From NCBI GenBank assembly GCA_963716945.1, contig OY970322.1, positions 390,001 to 422,000 of the forward strand: 32,000 bases of DNA, in the 5' to 3' direction. Source of the stretch: Candidatus Saccharimonadota bacterium (GTDB lineage Bacteria; Patescibacteriota; Saccharimonadia; Saccharimonadales; UBA4665). Positions within the stretch are counted from its first letter, which is position 1. Each line of letters begins with the position of its first letter. The notes beneath the pieces are model-generated. The model ran no database searches. It was not told where the DNA came from and saw nothing but the letters and a program-made list of their open reading frames with translations. Positions 16,436-25,881 of the stretch are shown here, piece by piece. A program made the position numbers and the translations under genes.

Positions 16436-17482
16436 ATGAGCCGCGCAAGCTTACGGACCGCCAGACTGGCAGCGGTGCTGATGCTTTGCTTGTCGCCTTA
16501 CTTCTTTTGGCCGGGCCAGACGTCGGCTCTGCTGCTGACCCACCGTTCTGTCAGCTTATCGACGCCCGTGCCCTCGGCCACGGCTTCAGAAGCGTTTACG
16601 CTGACCCCCGGCTCCGGCTCGGCCGCCGGTTCGATAGTTTTTCAATACTGCACCAACTCGCCCCTTTTTGATCTGGCTTGCGTGCCGCCGGCCGGCCTGT
16701 CGCTCAGCGCGGCTGCCTTGAGCCAGCAGACAGGCAACACGGGCTTCAGCATAGACGCTGCCGATAGTACCGCTACGCGGCTGGTCATCAGCCGGGTGCC
16801 GGCAGCCATGTCGACCGCTCCCAGCAGCTATACTTTTGCCAATACGACCAATCCGTCAACCAGCAATGAAACGACCTATATTCGTATTAGCACCTACGCC
16901 TCTACCGATGGTACCGGCAGCTATATCGATAACGGGGCAGTGGCTTTCTCGACATCGGCCGGGTTGTCGGTCGGGGCTACCGTGCCGCCGTTTTTGAGCC
17001 TCTGCGTGGGCGTGACGGTAGCCACCGATTGCAGCCAGACTGCCGGCGATAGCGTGGATCTGGGGGTCTTAAGCGCCCAGGCCGCCCGGACCGGCACGTC
17101 CCAGTTTGCCGCCTCTACTAACAGCGGTACCGGCTATGCCGCCTATGTCCTGGGCACGACCATGACATCCGGGAATAACGTTATTCCGGCCGCGGCCCTG
17201 TCCGCCAGCCGTCCCGGAATCTCTGAGTTCGGTGTTAACTTACGCCAAAATACCAATCCGGCCGTCGGTTCCGACCCTGACGGGGCCGGCACGGCAACGC
17301 CGCTTAACGGCTTCGACACGCCTAACTTATTCAGCTTCGATCCGGGGGCGATGATAGCCGGTTCGGACACTTCGACGGCTTACAGCCGCATGACAGTATC
17401 CTATGTCACTAACGTGAATTCCGGCCAGCCGGCCGGCATCTATAGCACGACCTTGACCTACCTCGTCTCGGCCCAATTCTAA
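16436..17482 (+). CDS. Secreted beta-rich subunit-like protein S3 (348 aa), distant paralog of S1/S2
   Basis: Starts 7 nt after the S2 stop. Signal ends GQTSA|LLLTHRSVSLST (compare QRSLTIGS and NRSVLIST). 'IVFQYCTNSP..LACVPPAGL' parallels 'LKFQACT..GTCTAPTGL'. 'ISEFGVNLRQN' motif. C-terminus 'AGIYSTTLTYLVSAQF-stop'. Confidence 0.88.
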   Translation: MSRASLRTARLAAVLMLCLSPYFFWPGQTSALLLTHRSVSLSTPVPSATASEAFTLTPGSGSAAGSIVFQYCTNSPLFDLACVPPAGLSLSAAALSQQTGNTGFSIDAADSTATRLVISRVPAAMSTAPSSYTFANTTNPSTSNETTYIRISTYASTDGTGSYIDNGAVAFSTSAGLSVGATVPPFLSLCVGVTVATDCSQTAGDSVDLGVLSAQAARTGTSQFAASTNSGTGYAAYVLGTTMTSGNNVIPAAALSASRPGISEFGVNLRQNTNPAVGSDPDGAGTATPLNGFDTPNLFSFDPGAMIAGSDTSTAYSRMTVSYVTNVNSGQPAGIYSTTLTYLVSAQF

Positions 17483-17524
17483 AAATACTTTATCTCACTA
17501 ATATAAAATGATACACTTACGCTG

Positions 17525-18547
17525 ATGAAGTTAACTAAGAGGGTAGCCGAGGCCGTGCTTTACTTAAAACGCCCCTTGTTAGGGCTGGGCCTTGCCCTAA
17601 CCGTGGCCTTATCGACCGGCCTGACCGCCCAGGCCGCCACCACGCCCGCCGGCAGCGCCAGCGGCCTAAGCATATCGCCCCTCCGCCAGGAACTGACCCT
17701 CAAGCCCGGCCAAGCTGACGAGATCAGCATCACCCTCAAGAACATTACCGGCGGCCCTATAACCGCCAAGGTAGCCGTCCAGGATTTCGAATCCGACAAC
17801 CTGACCGGCAACCCCAAGATTATCACCGACCCTAAGGCCAACAACCCGGCCAGCATCCGCAACTTCCTGGTCGGCCTTGGCAACATACCGCTGGCCACCG
17901 GCGAGCAGAAGACATTCACCATACCGGTCCAAGCCCCGGCTAATGCCGCGCCCGGCGCTTATTACGGCCTGATCGAGTACCAAGCCATACCTGTCAATAA
18001 CTCCAACCAGGGCGGCAATAGCCAGGTGGGCCTGTCGGCCGCCGTCAGCCAGCTGGTCTTCATCACCGTACCCGGCAACATTACCCAGAGGATGGAGATC
18101 AACGGTATCCACGTTTACCGGGATAAACTCGGTACCAAAGAGGGCCTGTTCTTTACCAGCCCGCCGAAAACCGACGGCATAATGCTGACCAACCTCGGCA
18201 ACGGTTTTGCCAAGCCCTTTGGCCGGATTAGCGTCCAAAACTCCAGCGGCAAGGAGATTTACGCCTATCAGCTCAACGGCGGTATAACCCCCGAACTGGT
18301 CCTGCCGCACAGCAGCCGCCTCTTCATTAACGGCATCAGTAACATCAAACGGCCGGGCCGCTACACGATAGTCGCCAACATCTCCTACGGCTCCGGTTCA
18401 GCCATCCTGACCGGCAAAAAGACCTTCTGGTACATCCCGGCCTGGCTGCCGGCCGCCGTCATCGTCGTCCTGGCCCTGCTGGCCGGCGCGGCCGTCCTGG
18501 CCCGCCGCCGTTACAAGCGCGGCCCCGGCCACCAATACCACCGTTAG
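17525..18547 (+). CDS. C-terminally anchored surface protein with a DUF916/DUF3324-like (Ig-like) ectodomain; candidate assembly/chaperone-like component
   Basis: Signal peptide ends ...GLTAQA|ATTP. 'LTLKPGQADEISITLKNITGGPITAKVAVQDF...GNPKII...IPLATGEQKTFTIPVQAPANAAPGAYYGLIEYQ' follows the pattern I recall for DUF916 proteins of Firmicute WxL loci. C-terminal TM WLPAAVIVVLALLAGAAVLA is followed by RRRYKR. The family assignment is from memory and was not searched. Confidence 0.8.
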   Translation: MKLTKRVAEAVLYLKRPLLGLGLALTVALSTGLTAQAATTPAGSASGLSISPLRQELTLKPGQADEISITLKNITGGPITAKVAVQDFESDNLTGNPKIITDPKANNPASIRNFLVGLGNIPLATGEQKTFTIPVQAPANAAPGAYYGLIEYQAIPVNNSNQGGNSQVGLSAAVSQLVFITVPGNITQRMEINGIHVYRDKLGTKEGLFFTSPPKTDGIMLTNLGNGFAKPFGRISVQNSSGKEIYAYQLNGGITPELVLPHSSRLFINGISNIKRPGRYTIVANISYGSGSAILTGKKTFWYIPAWLPAAVIVVLALLAGAAVLARRRYKRGPGHQYHR

Positions 18548-18550
18548 GAC

Positions 18551-19441
18551 ATGAAAAACCATCGTGCCGCCGTCCGGTTGTTGAAACGAAGCGGACCGGC
18601 CATAGCCGGCCTCCTAATCGGCGGCCTGGTGCTGTTAGCGCCGCCTCGTCCGGCCGTAGCGGCAACCGTGCAAAATAACAGTGCCGTCGGCGTCCAGGGC
18701 GTCATCCCCAGCCCGCCGCCGAGCCGCGGCGGCACCATCGCCGTACCCGGTAACGGCGCCTCATTCACCAGCGGCACCATAACCGTCAGCGGCCTCTGTC
18801 CGACCGGCTTGCTGGTCAAAGTCTTCGACAATAACGTCTTCGTCGGCTCGGTTATCTGTTCCAACGGCAGCTACTCGCTGCAGATCAACCTCTTCAACGG
18901 CCAGAACGAGCTGGTGACGCGGGTTTACGACGCCCTTGACCAGCCGGGGCCCGATTCCGGCACGACCACCGTAACTTTCACCGATGCCCAGTTCGCCCAG
19001 TTCGGTACCCAGGTGACGCTGAGCAGCGTCTATGCCGAACGCGGTGCTGCCCCGGGAACGGAGTTGGACTGGCCGATCTTGCTGAGTGGCGGTAGCAGCC
19101 CTTATGCCCTCAGCGTTGACTGGGGTGACGGTTCGCCATCGGACCTGATGAGCCTCGTCAACACCGGCACAGTAACCATTAAGCATACTTATAAGTCGGC
19201 CGGAGTCTACAATGTCGTAGTCAAGGCGACCGACGCCAATGGCCAGGCGGCTTTTCTGCAGCTGGTCGGGCAGGCCACCGGCGCTATCCAGAGCAACAAA
19301 GGCGGCAGCAGTATCCTGGTCAAGAAGCAAGTTTTATGGTGGCCAACAACCTCTATGATACCGCTGATTTTCATCGCCTTTTGGATCGGCCGCAGTTATC
19401 AGATTCACGCTTTGCGTAAGAAGTTCGAAAGCGTAGATTAG
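18551..19441 (+). CDS. C-terminally anchored protein with an Ig-like domain and a PKD domain
   Basis: Starts 3 nt after the previous stop. Signal/anchor AIAGLLIGGLVLLAPP. The PKD signature 'LSVDWGDGSPSD...HTYKSAGVYNVVVKATDANGQ' is present. C-terminal TM MIPLIFIAFWIG is followed by a basic tail. Stop is TAG. Confidence 0.85.
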   Translation: MKNHRAAVRLLKRSGPAIAGLLIGGLVLLAPPRPAVAATVQNNSAVGVQGVIPSPPPSRGGTIAVPGNGASFTSGTITVSGLCPTGLLVKVFDNNVFVGSVICSNGSYSLQINLFNGQNELVTRVYDALDQPGPDSGTTTVTFTDAQFAQFGTQVTLSSVYAERGAAPGTELDWPILLSGGSSPYALSVDWGDGSPSDLMSLVNTGTVTIKHTYKSAGVYNVVVKATDANGQAAFLQLVGQATGAIQSNKGGSSILVKKQVLWWPTTSMIPLIFIAFWIGRSYQIHALRKKFESVD

Positions 19442-19777
19442 GCCAACCGCCCAAAAACGTTCCAATCCTTGTGGATAACTTATAATAAATACGTGCATTA
19501 AATAATTTTTCATAATTATAACAACGATAAGAGGCAGTCTAATATCACAAATCTAGTAGTGATAATGGATTATTACAGATAAAATATTCAAGTTGGTATA
19601 TAATTTACAACATTAAAAATTAAAACTCATATTATTTATTACAATAATGTTTGAGTATATTTATTATTCGCCAAGGGGTTGAATAGAGGCGGCAAAGGGT
19701 TGATACTTAATAACAGGGTAAAACATGAAGCGCCACCGGTGCCTCCCCTAAAAAAAACTACAAAAAACTAAAACAAA
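19442..19777 (+). promoter_or_regulatory. 336-bp strongly AT-rich intergenic island upstream of giant C
   Basis: Long A/T runs contrast with the GC-rich flanks. Contains the DnaA-box 12-mer (19470-19481), TATAAT at 19482-19487, a TGG-TATATAAT extended -10-like element (19594-19604) and a GGGTTGA direct repeat (about 19676 and 19697). Also has the palindrome CACCGGTG and the A/C-rich leader aaaaaaaactacaaaaaactaaaacaaaATG. Confidence 0.5.
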
Positions 19778-22700
19778 ATGTACGAAACTGCTCCGCGAGG
19801 GCATATCGCGTCCGAACGTACCCATGGGCTACGGGCTAAGAGGGTAATTTTTGCCGTTGGTGGCAGCTTGCTGGCCCCGACGGTGTTTTTATATACGCGC
19901 GCGTACGCGCGTATTAACAAGCTGCGTACCCGCGGTTTCATTCTGGCCATTGTGGCGCTGGCCCTGTTAACTTCGGTCGGCCTGAGTTTGTTGAGGCCGG
20001 CCCAAACCGTTGCCGCCACTGACAGCAGTATCAACTTCCAGGCCCGGTTGGAAACCAACACCGGTGCGATCGTGCCTGACGGCTGGTACAACATTGAGTT
20101 CAAGATGTATAGCGTTTCCAGCGGCGGCAGCCCCGAGTGGACCGAAGACTACACTTGGAACAATGGCAGTGCCAACTGTACTACACCCGTTTTCCAGGCT
20201 ACCGGCGACTGCCGCGTCAAGGTGGTTAACGGCTACCTGACGGTTAATCTGGGCTCGATTACCAGTTTCCCGGGCACGATTAACTGGGACCAGCAGCAGT
20301 GGGTGACGATGAACATCGGCGGTACCGGCGGCAGCGGTTCTTTCCCCGGCATCGGCGACGGCGAAATGAACCCCCGTTTGCAGCTAACCGGTGTACCGTA
20401 CTCCTTCCGGTCAGGGCAGGCTGGCGGCTTGTTCGATCCGGCTGGCACTGGCGCGGCTCTAAGCTGGATTACCCAAACCGCCGCCAACGTGCTGCAGCTA
20501 CCTAACGAAGGCGGAACATTGTGTATCGACGGTGACACTAGTGGTTGTGGTTTTGCTCCGGGTACCGGAGGCGCGGGTTATATCCAGAACCAGAATGCTT
20601 CGGCCCAAACTACCTCCAACTTCTGGATTAGCGGTAGCGGCCAGGCTACTACTTCGTTCATAGCGCCGACTTATACCGGGGGCGGCGCGGTCGCCGTATC
20701 CTCCGGGGGGACTAATACCAATTTGACCCTTACGGCCAACGGTACCGGGACGGCTAGCCTAGATACGGGGGCTAACGGCGGCACGGTATCCGTAGCTTTG
20801 ACGGCCGGCACGTTAAACCTGGCAAATTCTGCCAGCGCCACGACTATTAACATCGGCAACACGTCCGGCGCTACCGGTATTACCGAGCGCGTCGGTACCG
20901 GCAACTACAGCCTGGACGGTGTCGCCGGCTCCACCTACAGCCTGGGCGCTTCCACGACCACGGGTACTATCCTAATTGGCGGCACGGCTCAGACCGGCAG
21001 CATCACCCTGGGCAGCTCTTCCGGCACTAACTCCGTCCTAATAGGCAACGGTGCCGGGGCTACGACCGTCAACATCGCCAACACCGAAACCGGCGGTGCC
21101 GTCAACATCGGTACGGCTATGACTACCGGCACGGTCTCCATTGGCGGTACCGGCGCCCAGACTGGCACCATTAGCCTGGGTATCGGTACCGGCGTCCAGA
21201 CGATTAACCTGGCCACTGGCGGTACCGGCGCCAAGACCGTCACGGTCGGTTCGGCCGCTTCCACTTCGTCATTACTGCTACAATCCGGTACCGGCAACTT
21301 GTCCCTGCAGACCCAGGGCACCGGCACCTTAGGCGTTGGCAACAATGCCGTGGCGCAGAACCTGGCCATCGGCAATGCTACGGGGGCTACGACCGTGTCG
21401 GTCCTATGCGGTACGGGCATCTGTGGCTTCGGGAATAACGCTACCAGCCATAGTACTAGTATCGGGTCCGGTACAGGTGTTAGCGCTTTGACTCTTCAGG
21501 GCGGCACCGGTGGCGCCTCACTGGATTCTGGCACGGGCAGCATAACAATCGGTAACAGTGCCAACAACAAGACCATCACAATCGGTGCCAGTGGGAGCAC
21601 GGCCAATACTACGACCGTCAATATCGCTACTTCTACAGGTGCCTCTCAGACGGTCAATATCGGCTCGAACTCTGGCACCAGTCCCGTCACCATAGGTAGC
21701 GGCACCAGCGGTATCACGCTTAACCCGTCAGGCGGCAGTTCCAACCAGGGCGTCCTGGTCAAGCCTGACGCCGACACGACCGCTGCCTTCCAGATTCAAA
21801 GGGCCGGCAGTAGCACCGACCTGCTCAACGCCGATACTGCCAATATGACGCTGACTGTCCAAGCCGGCAACGACACGGCCACCCTTGGCGCCAACCTGGC
21901 CCCGACCAACTTCAGCACCGGCTGGACCGGCACCAACTGGACGCTCGCCAGCACCACTGCCGCCCACAACGCCCTGTCCGGCCACACCCAGGCCTTGTCG
22001 CCGACCACGCCCTTGGCCACCACCTCCGGCCAGGTCTACCAGATCAGCTACACCATCACCAACCCGACTACCGCCGGCACCAGCCTGACGGTGGCCCTGG
22101 GCAGCACTACCATAGCCTTCTACAACTTCGACGCTAACACGGCCGGCACCTACAGCTTCACCGACACCGTCATGGCGACCGCCCCCAGCAATAATGCCAA
22201 CCTGACCTTCACGCCTGATGCCTCCGGCCTGTTCACCGGCACCATATCGGCCGTTTCGGTCCAACTGGTGACCCAGAACACTGACCCAGTTCTAGTAGTT
22301 AACAACGCCTCTGCCGTTGACGACCTAGAAGTCCGGGCCAGCAGCAGTACTACCAACCTCTTCGTCGGTCTCAGTGCGGGAGCGTCAAACGCCACCGGTA
22401 TCGACAATCTGGCGCTGGGCAACAACGCTTTCCAGTACAACACTGGCGGCAGTACCAACCTGGCTATTGGCGCTGATGCCCTCCAGTACAACACCACCGG
22501 CAACGACAACAGCGCCTTGGGCTACGAGGCTCTCCAGTTCAACACTTCCGGCGGCCAGAACACGGCCCTGGGTTCCGGCGCTCTCAGCGACAATACGATC
22601 GGCAGTTACAACGTGGCTGTAGGCGGCAACTCGCTCCAGTACAACAGTTCGGGCTACTCCAACACCGCCGTCGGCATAGCCACCTTGCAGAACAACACCA

Positions 22701-25700
22701 CCGGCTCCGGCAACTTGGCCATCGGCAATAACGCCCTTGGCGGCAACACCACCGGCAACAACAACATCGGCATCGGTGGCCTGGGCGTCAACAGCACCGG
22801 TTCGTTTAACGTCGGCATCGGCAGCTTGCGCGAGAACAACGGCAACGCCAACGTCGGCATCGGCGTCTTCAGCCTATACAACAGCACCGGCGTCAGCAAC
22901 GACACAGCCATCGGTTACCAGGCTTTGCAAAACGACGTCGGCGGCAGCTACAACGTCGGCCTGGGCTACGGCGCCAACGTGCTCAACGGCAGCCTGAACC
23001 TTAGCGGCGCCGACGCCATCGGGGCCGGCACTCAAGTCGGTGCCAGCAATACCACTATCCTGGGCTACGGCCTTGCCAACGGCGCCAACCAGGCCGTCGG
23101 CATCGGCACGTCCTTCGCCCCCAACGAACTGACGGTCAGCCCGCAGACTTACGGCACCAACGGCACCGTAGGCAGCGGCACGACCATCACCCAGGGCAGC
23201 GGCTCCGGTACGGTTACCGGCTCGGGAACGGCCTGGACTACCGGCATGGTCGGCGGTACCATCTACTACAGCGACGGCAGTACCGGCACGATCACGGCCG
23301 TAAGTTCGGGCACCAGCCTGACCAGCAGCAACACCACCGGCGGCTGGAGTTCGGCTACTTACAACATCGTCTGGGGCGGCTTCAACGTCAGCAACAGCGA
23401 TACAGTGCTGCTGCAGCCGACTAGTAACTCCAATAAGGCGTTTCAGGTACAAAACAATCTAGGCACGACACTCTTAAACGTAGATACGTCCGGTAATACT
23501 CTTAGTCTCGGCGTCACTGGCAGTACGGCTATCGCCAGTACGATAAACATTGCCAACACCACCGGCAACGCCACCCAAACCATCAACATCGGTGCCACGA
23601 ATGCTGCCGGCAACACCGTCCTGATACAGGGAGGTACAGGTACGGGTGTTTCTCTCCAGGTAGCGGCCAGCGGGACGATTGCGGTCGGCACAACAGTTCA
23701 AACCAGCACTCTAGATCTTGGCAACACCAGCGCCTCCTCTACAACCCTGATTAATGGCGGCACCGGCGCCAGCGCCATATCCTTACAAGCCGGTGCCGGC
23801 GGAACGATCTTGCTTGGCACAAGCGGCTCTACGGCCAACGCGACTACTGTAGATATAGCTAACACCACCGGCAACGCCACCCAAACCATCAACATCGGTG
23901 CCACAAATGCTGCCGGCAACACCGTCCTGATACAGGGCGGTACAGGTACAGGCGTCTCCATCCAGGTCGCCGGTACGGGCACAATTGCTATTGGTACTAC
24001 CAACGCCGACACCGTCAGCCTCGGTGCTGTTGGCAGTACAGCCAATGCCACTACCGTCAACATTGCTAACACTACTGGTGCTGCTATCCAGACGGTTAAC
24101 CTAGGTTCGCTCTCCAGCACTTCGCTTACTAAGATCCAAGGTGGTACCAGTGCTTCGGCTATAATCTTGCAATCAGGTAACGGGAGCACGATTACAATAG
24201 GCAGCCAGACTGCCAGCACCACTAACGCCATAATTATAGGTGCTTCCGCGGCTACTGCGAACGCCGACAACATAAGCATTGATAACACCAGCGGTACCAA
24301 TGCCGGCACTATCACCATCGGCGGCAGCGGCACTGCCACAGGTGCCATAACGCTTGGCCAGTCCACCGGCTCCCAAACGGTTAATGTCGGTGTTGGTGCA
24401 CCCGCAGCGGGAGCAACTCAAACAATTAAGATAGGTACGACTGTTTCTGCTACTACCGGCACTACTGCGATTACGATTGGCGGCACTAGTACAACCACAA
24501 ACGGCGCCACTAGCGTTAGTATCCTGGCCGGCAACCACTCCGGCTCGACTGTCGCTAATGGTTCCAGGACTACTACCGACACGGACTCTACGGGTATCAA
24601 AGTATCGCTTGGTGATATGACAAGTAGTATTGGACTCTGTATTGGTGGCTTGCTTACCGGGGTGGCCCCAACTTCCGGTACTGCCTACGAGCTAGTTGAC
24701 TGTAATAATACTCCCACCGCTGACTATGCCGAGGAATATCCGGTCGCGGCAGGTGTAGGCGTTGGCGATGTCGTAGCTACCGGCACCCAAATGGTTAACA
24801 CATATGATACTGATGGTCCTAACGGGTCGGTTGACTGGAGTACAGTGAAAGGCCAGATTACCCAGCTAGTTCAATCTGATCAGGCTTACCAGTCGAACGC
24901 TATCGGTATTGTTTCGGATAACAACTCCGATTTCAGCTCTACTGGTTACAATATCAAGGCTGAAGACAACCCCATGTCCGTCGCCTTAAACGGCCGTGTT
25001 CCGGTGAATGTTACTACTGAGAATGGACCAATTGAACCTGGTGATTATCTAACTACTTCGGCTACTATTCCAGGCTATGCCATGAAAGCCACCCAAGCTG
25101 GCTATGTTATTGGCCGCGCTTTGAGCTCATACGACGGTTCCGGACCGGGTCAAGTAATGGTCTTCGTCGGTGATGGCTACTATCCTGGACCTGATGCCAG
25201 CAGCTACCTGCAACAAGACAGTGACGCTAACCTGGCAAGCCTTTCTGTAAACGGGAACACACTACTTTCTAACCTAGACGTAACCGGCGACAGTACCCTA
25301 AGCGATCTAAACGTCAGCGGACCCACAACCCTGAATGGCCTGACCGTAACCGGCGACGCCAACGTCCAGGGCAACCTGACGGTAGCAGGCAACGCCACGA
25401 TCGGCGGCTCGCTAACCGTAACCGGCCTGACCAGTGTGGCGGACCTGGAGGTCAGCGGCCACATAATTACCTCGGGCGGGGAACCGACGTCCCAGATTCA
25501 GGCCGCGGCCGGCAGCGACGCGGTTGTCAGCATCGCCGGCACCGATACCACCGGCACGATAAGCATTACCACCGGTAGCAACCCGACATCCGGCTCGCTA
25601 GCCGATATCCTCTTCAGCAAAGCCTACGGCGCCGCGCCGCACATAGTCCTCAGCCCGTCCAATAACAATGCCGCCGGCCTGCGCTACTTCAAGGGCACGA

Positions 25701-25786
25701 CGACCACCAACGACTTCATGTTCAACGTCATCGACAACCCGGCCCCGAACACGACCTACCAGTACGACTACTTCATTGGCCAGTAG
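19778..25786 (+). CDS. Giant surface fibre protein, paralog C (2002 aa)
   Basis: ATG start and TAG stop. Signal/anchor GFILAIVALALLTSVGLSLL..AQTVAA|TD. Long '..T.NI(A/G)....G..QT(I/V)N(I/L)G' beta-helix-like repeats. A CBM-like block and Hep_Hag-like repeats are shared with A. A tandem-repeat insert (23431-24560) is followed by a beta-barrel-like module 'ADYAEEYPV...GPIEPGDYLTTSATIPGYAMKATQAGYVIGRAL'. A stalk of 'L.V.G' heptad-like units precedes the C-terminal shared domain, which ends TYQYDYFIGQ. Confidence 0.93.
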   Translation: MYETAPRGHIASERTHGLRAKRVIFAVGGSLLAPTVFLYTRAYARINKLRTRGFILAIVALALLTSVGLSLLRPAQTVAATDSSINFQARLETNTGAIVPDGWYNIEFKMYSVSSGGSPEWTEDYTWNNGSANCTTPVFQATGDCRVKVVNGYLTVNLGSITSFPGTINWDQQQWVTMNIGGTGGSGSFPGIGDGEMNPRLQLTGVPYSFRSGQAGGLFDPAGTGAALSWITQTAANVLQLPNEGGTLCIDGDTSGCGFAPGTGGAGYIQNQNASAQTTSNFWISGSGQATTSFIAPTYTGGGAVAVSSGGTNTNLTLTANGTGTASLDTGANGGTVSVALTAGTLNLANSASATTINIGNTSGATGITERVGTGNYSLDGVAGSTYSLGASTTTGTILIGGTAQTGSITLGSSSGTNSVLIGNGAGATTVNIANTETGGAVNIGTAMTTGTVSIGGTGAQTGTISLGIGTGVQTINLATGGTGAKTVTVGSAASTSSLLLQSGTGNLSLQTQGTGTLGVGNNAVAQNLAIGNATGATTVSVLCGTGICGFGNNATSHSTSIGSGTGVSALTLQGGTGGASLDSGTGSITIGNSANNKTITIGASGSTANTTTVNIATSTGASQTVNIGSNSGTSPVTIGSGTSGITLNPSGGSSNQGVLVKPDADTTAAFQIQRAGSSTDLLNADTANMTLTVQAGNDTATLGANLAPTNFSTGWTGTNWTLASTTAAHNALSGHTQALSPTTPLATTSGQVYQISYTITNPTTAGTSLTVALGSTTIAFYNFDANTAGTYSFTDTVMATAPSNNANLTFTPDASGLFTGTISAVSVQLVTQNTDPVLVVNNASAVDDLEVRASSSTTNLFVGLSAGASNATGIDNLALGNNAFQYNTGGSTNLAIGADALQYNTTGNDNSALGYEALQFNTSGGQNTALGSGALSDNTIGSYNVAVGGNSLQYNSSGYSNTAVGIATLQNNTTGSGNLAIGNNALGGNTTGNNNIGIGGLGVNSTGSFNVGIGSLRENNGNANVGIGVFSLYNSTGVSNDTAIGYQALQNDVGGSYNVGLGYGANVLNGSLNLSGADAIGAGTQVGASNTTILGYGLANGANQAVGIGTSFAPNELTVSPQTYGTNGTVGSGTTITQGSGSGTVTGSGTAWTTGMVGGTIYYSDGSTGTITAVSSGTSLTSSNTTGGWSSATYNIVWGGFNVSNSDTVLLQPTSNSNKAFQVQNNLGTTLLNVDTSGNTLSLGVTGSTAIASTINIANTTGNATQTINIGATNAAGNTVLIQGGTGTGVSLQVAASGTIAVGTTVQTSTLDLGNTSASSTTLINGGTGASAISLQAGAGGTILLGTSGSTANATTVDIANTTGNATQTINIGATNAAGNTVLIQGGTGTGVSIQVAGTGTIAIGTTNADTVSLGAVGSTANATTVNIANTTGAAIQTVNLGSLSSTSLTKIQGGTSASAIILQSGNGSTITIGSQTASTTNAIIIGASAATANADNISIDNTSGTNAGTITIGGSGTATGAITLGQSTGSQTVNVGVGAPAAGATQTIKIGTTVSATTGTTAITIGGTSTTTNGATSVSILAGNHSGSTVANGSRTTTDTDSTGIKVSLGDMTSSIGLCIGGLLTGVAPTSGTAYELVDCNNTPTADYAEEYPVAAGVGVGDVVATGTQMVNTYDTDGPNGSVDWSTVKGQITQLVQSDQAYQSNAIGIVSDNNSDFSSTGYNIKAEDNPMSVALNGRVPVNVTTENGPIEPGDYLTTSATIPGYAMKATQAGYVIGRALSSYDGSGPGQVMVFVGDGYYPGPDASSYLQQDSDANLASLSVNGNTLLSNLDVTGDSTLSDLNVSGPTTLNGLTVTGDANVQGNLTVAGNATIGGSLTVTGLTSVADLEVSGHIITSGGEPTSQIQAAAGSDAVVSIAGTDTTGTISITTGSNPTSGSLADILFSKAYGAAPHIVLSPSNNNAAGLRYFKGTTTTNDFMFNVIDNPAPNTTYQYDYFIGQ
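21864..22275 (+). repeat. Partner copy of 647-1058 (100% identical)
   Basis: See 647-1058. The offset is 21217 nt. Confidence 0.95.
22868..23430 (+). repeat. Partner copy of 1651-2213 (100% identical)
   Basis: See 1651-2213. The offset is the same 21217 nt. Confidence 0.95.
23555..23956 (+). repeat. In-frame tandem repeat with a 306-nt (102-aa) period inside giant C
   Basis: aacaccaccggcaacgccacccaaaccatcaacatcggtgccac... at 23555 recurs at 23861. The first 44 nt are identical, then one mismatch, then 32 identical nt. The peptide IANTTGNATQTINIGATNAAGNTVLIQGGTGTGVS is repeated, and a third, more diverged unit follows (NIANTTGAAIQTVNLG...). Confidence 0.85.
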
Positions 25787-25881
25787 AAGTAGAAAACCGA
25801 GGAATGATTTTAATCATATCCACGCTTACCCTTTGATTCTATAATTCAAGACATAATTAGTAGTTAACGGGGGAGTGCAGC

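Noticed and set aside
19442-19777. A chromosomal replication origin, suggested by the AT-rich region with a perfect DnaA box.
   Set aside because: There is only one perfect box in the island. There is no cluster of boxes, no dnaA or dnaN nearby, and no obvious 13-mer DUE repeats. The same 12-mer also sits in a 136-bp gene spacer. A regulatory operator is more parsimonious.
23431-24560. A CRISPR-like or satellite array, suggested by the regularly spaced near-identical ~100-nt cores.
   Set aside because: The period is 306 nt, in frame and entirely inside a 6-kb ORF with a conserved protein repeat. There are no short unique spacers and no cas genes.
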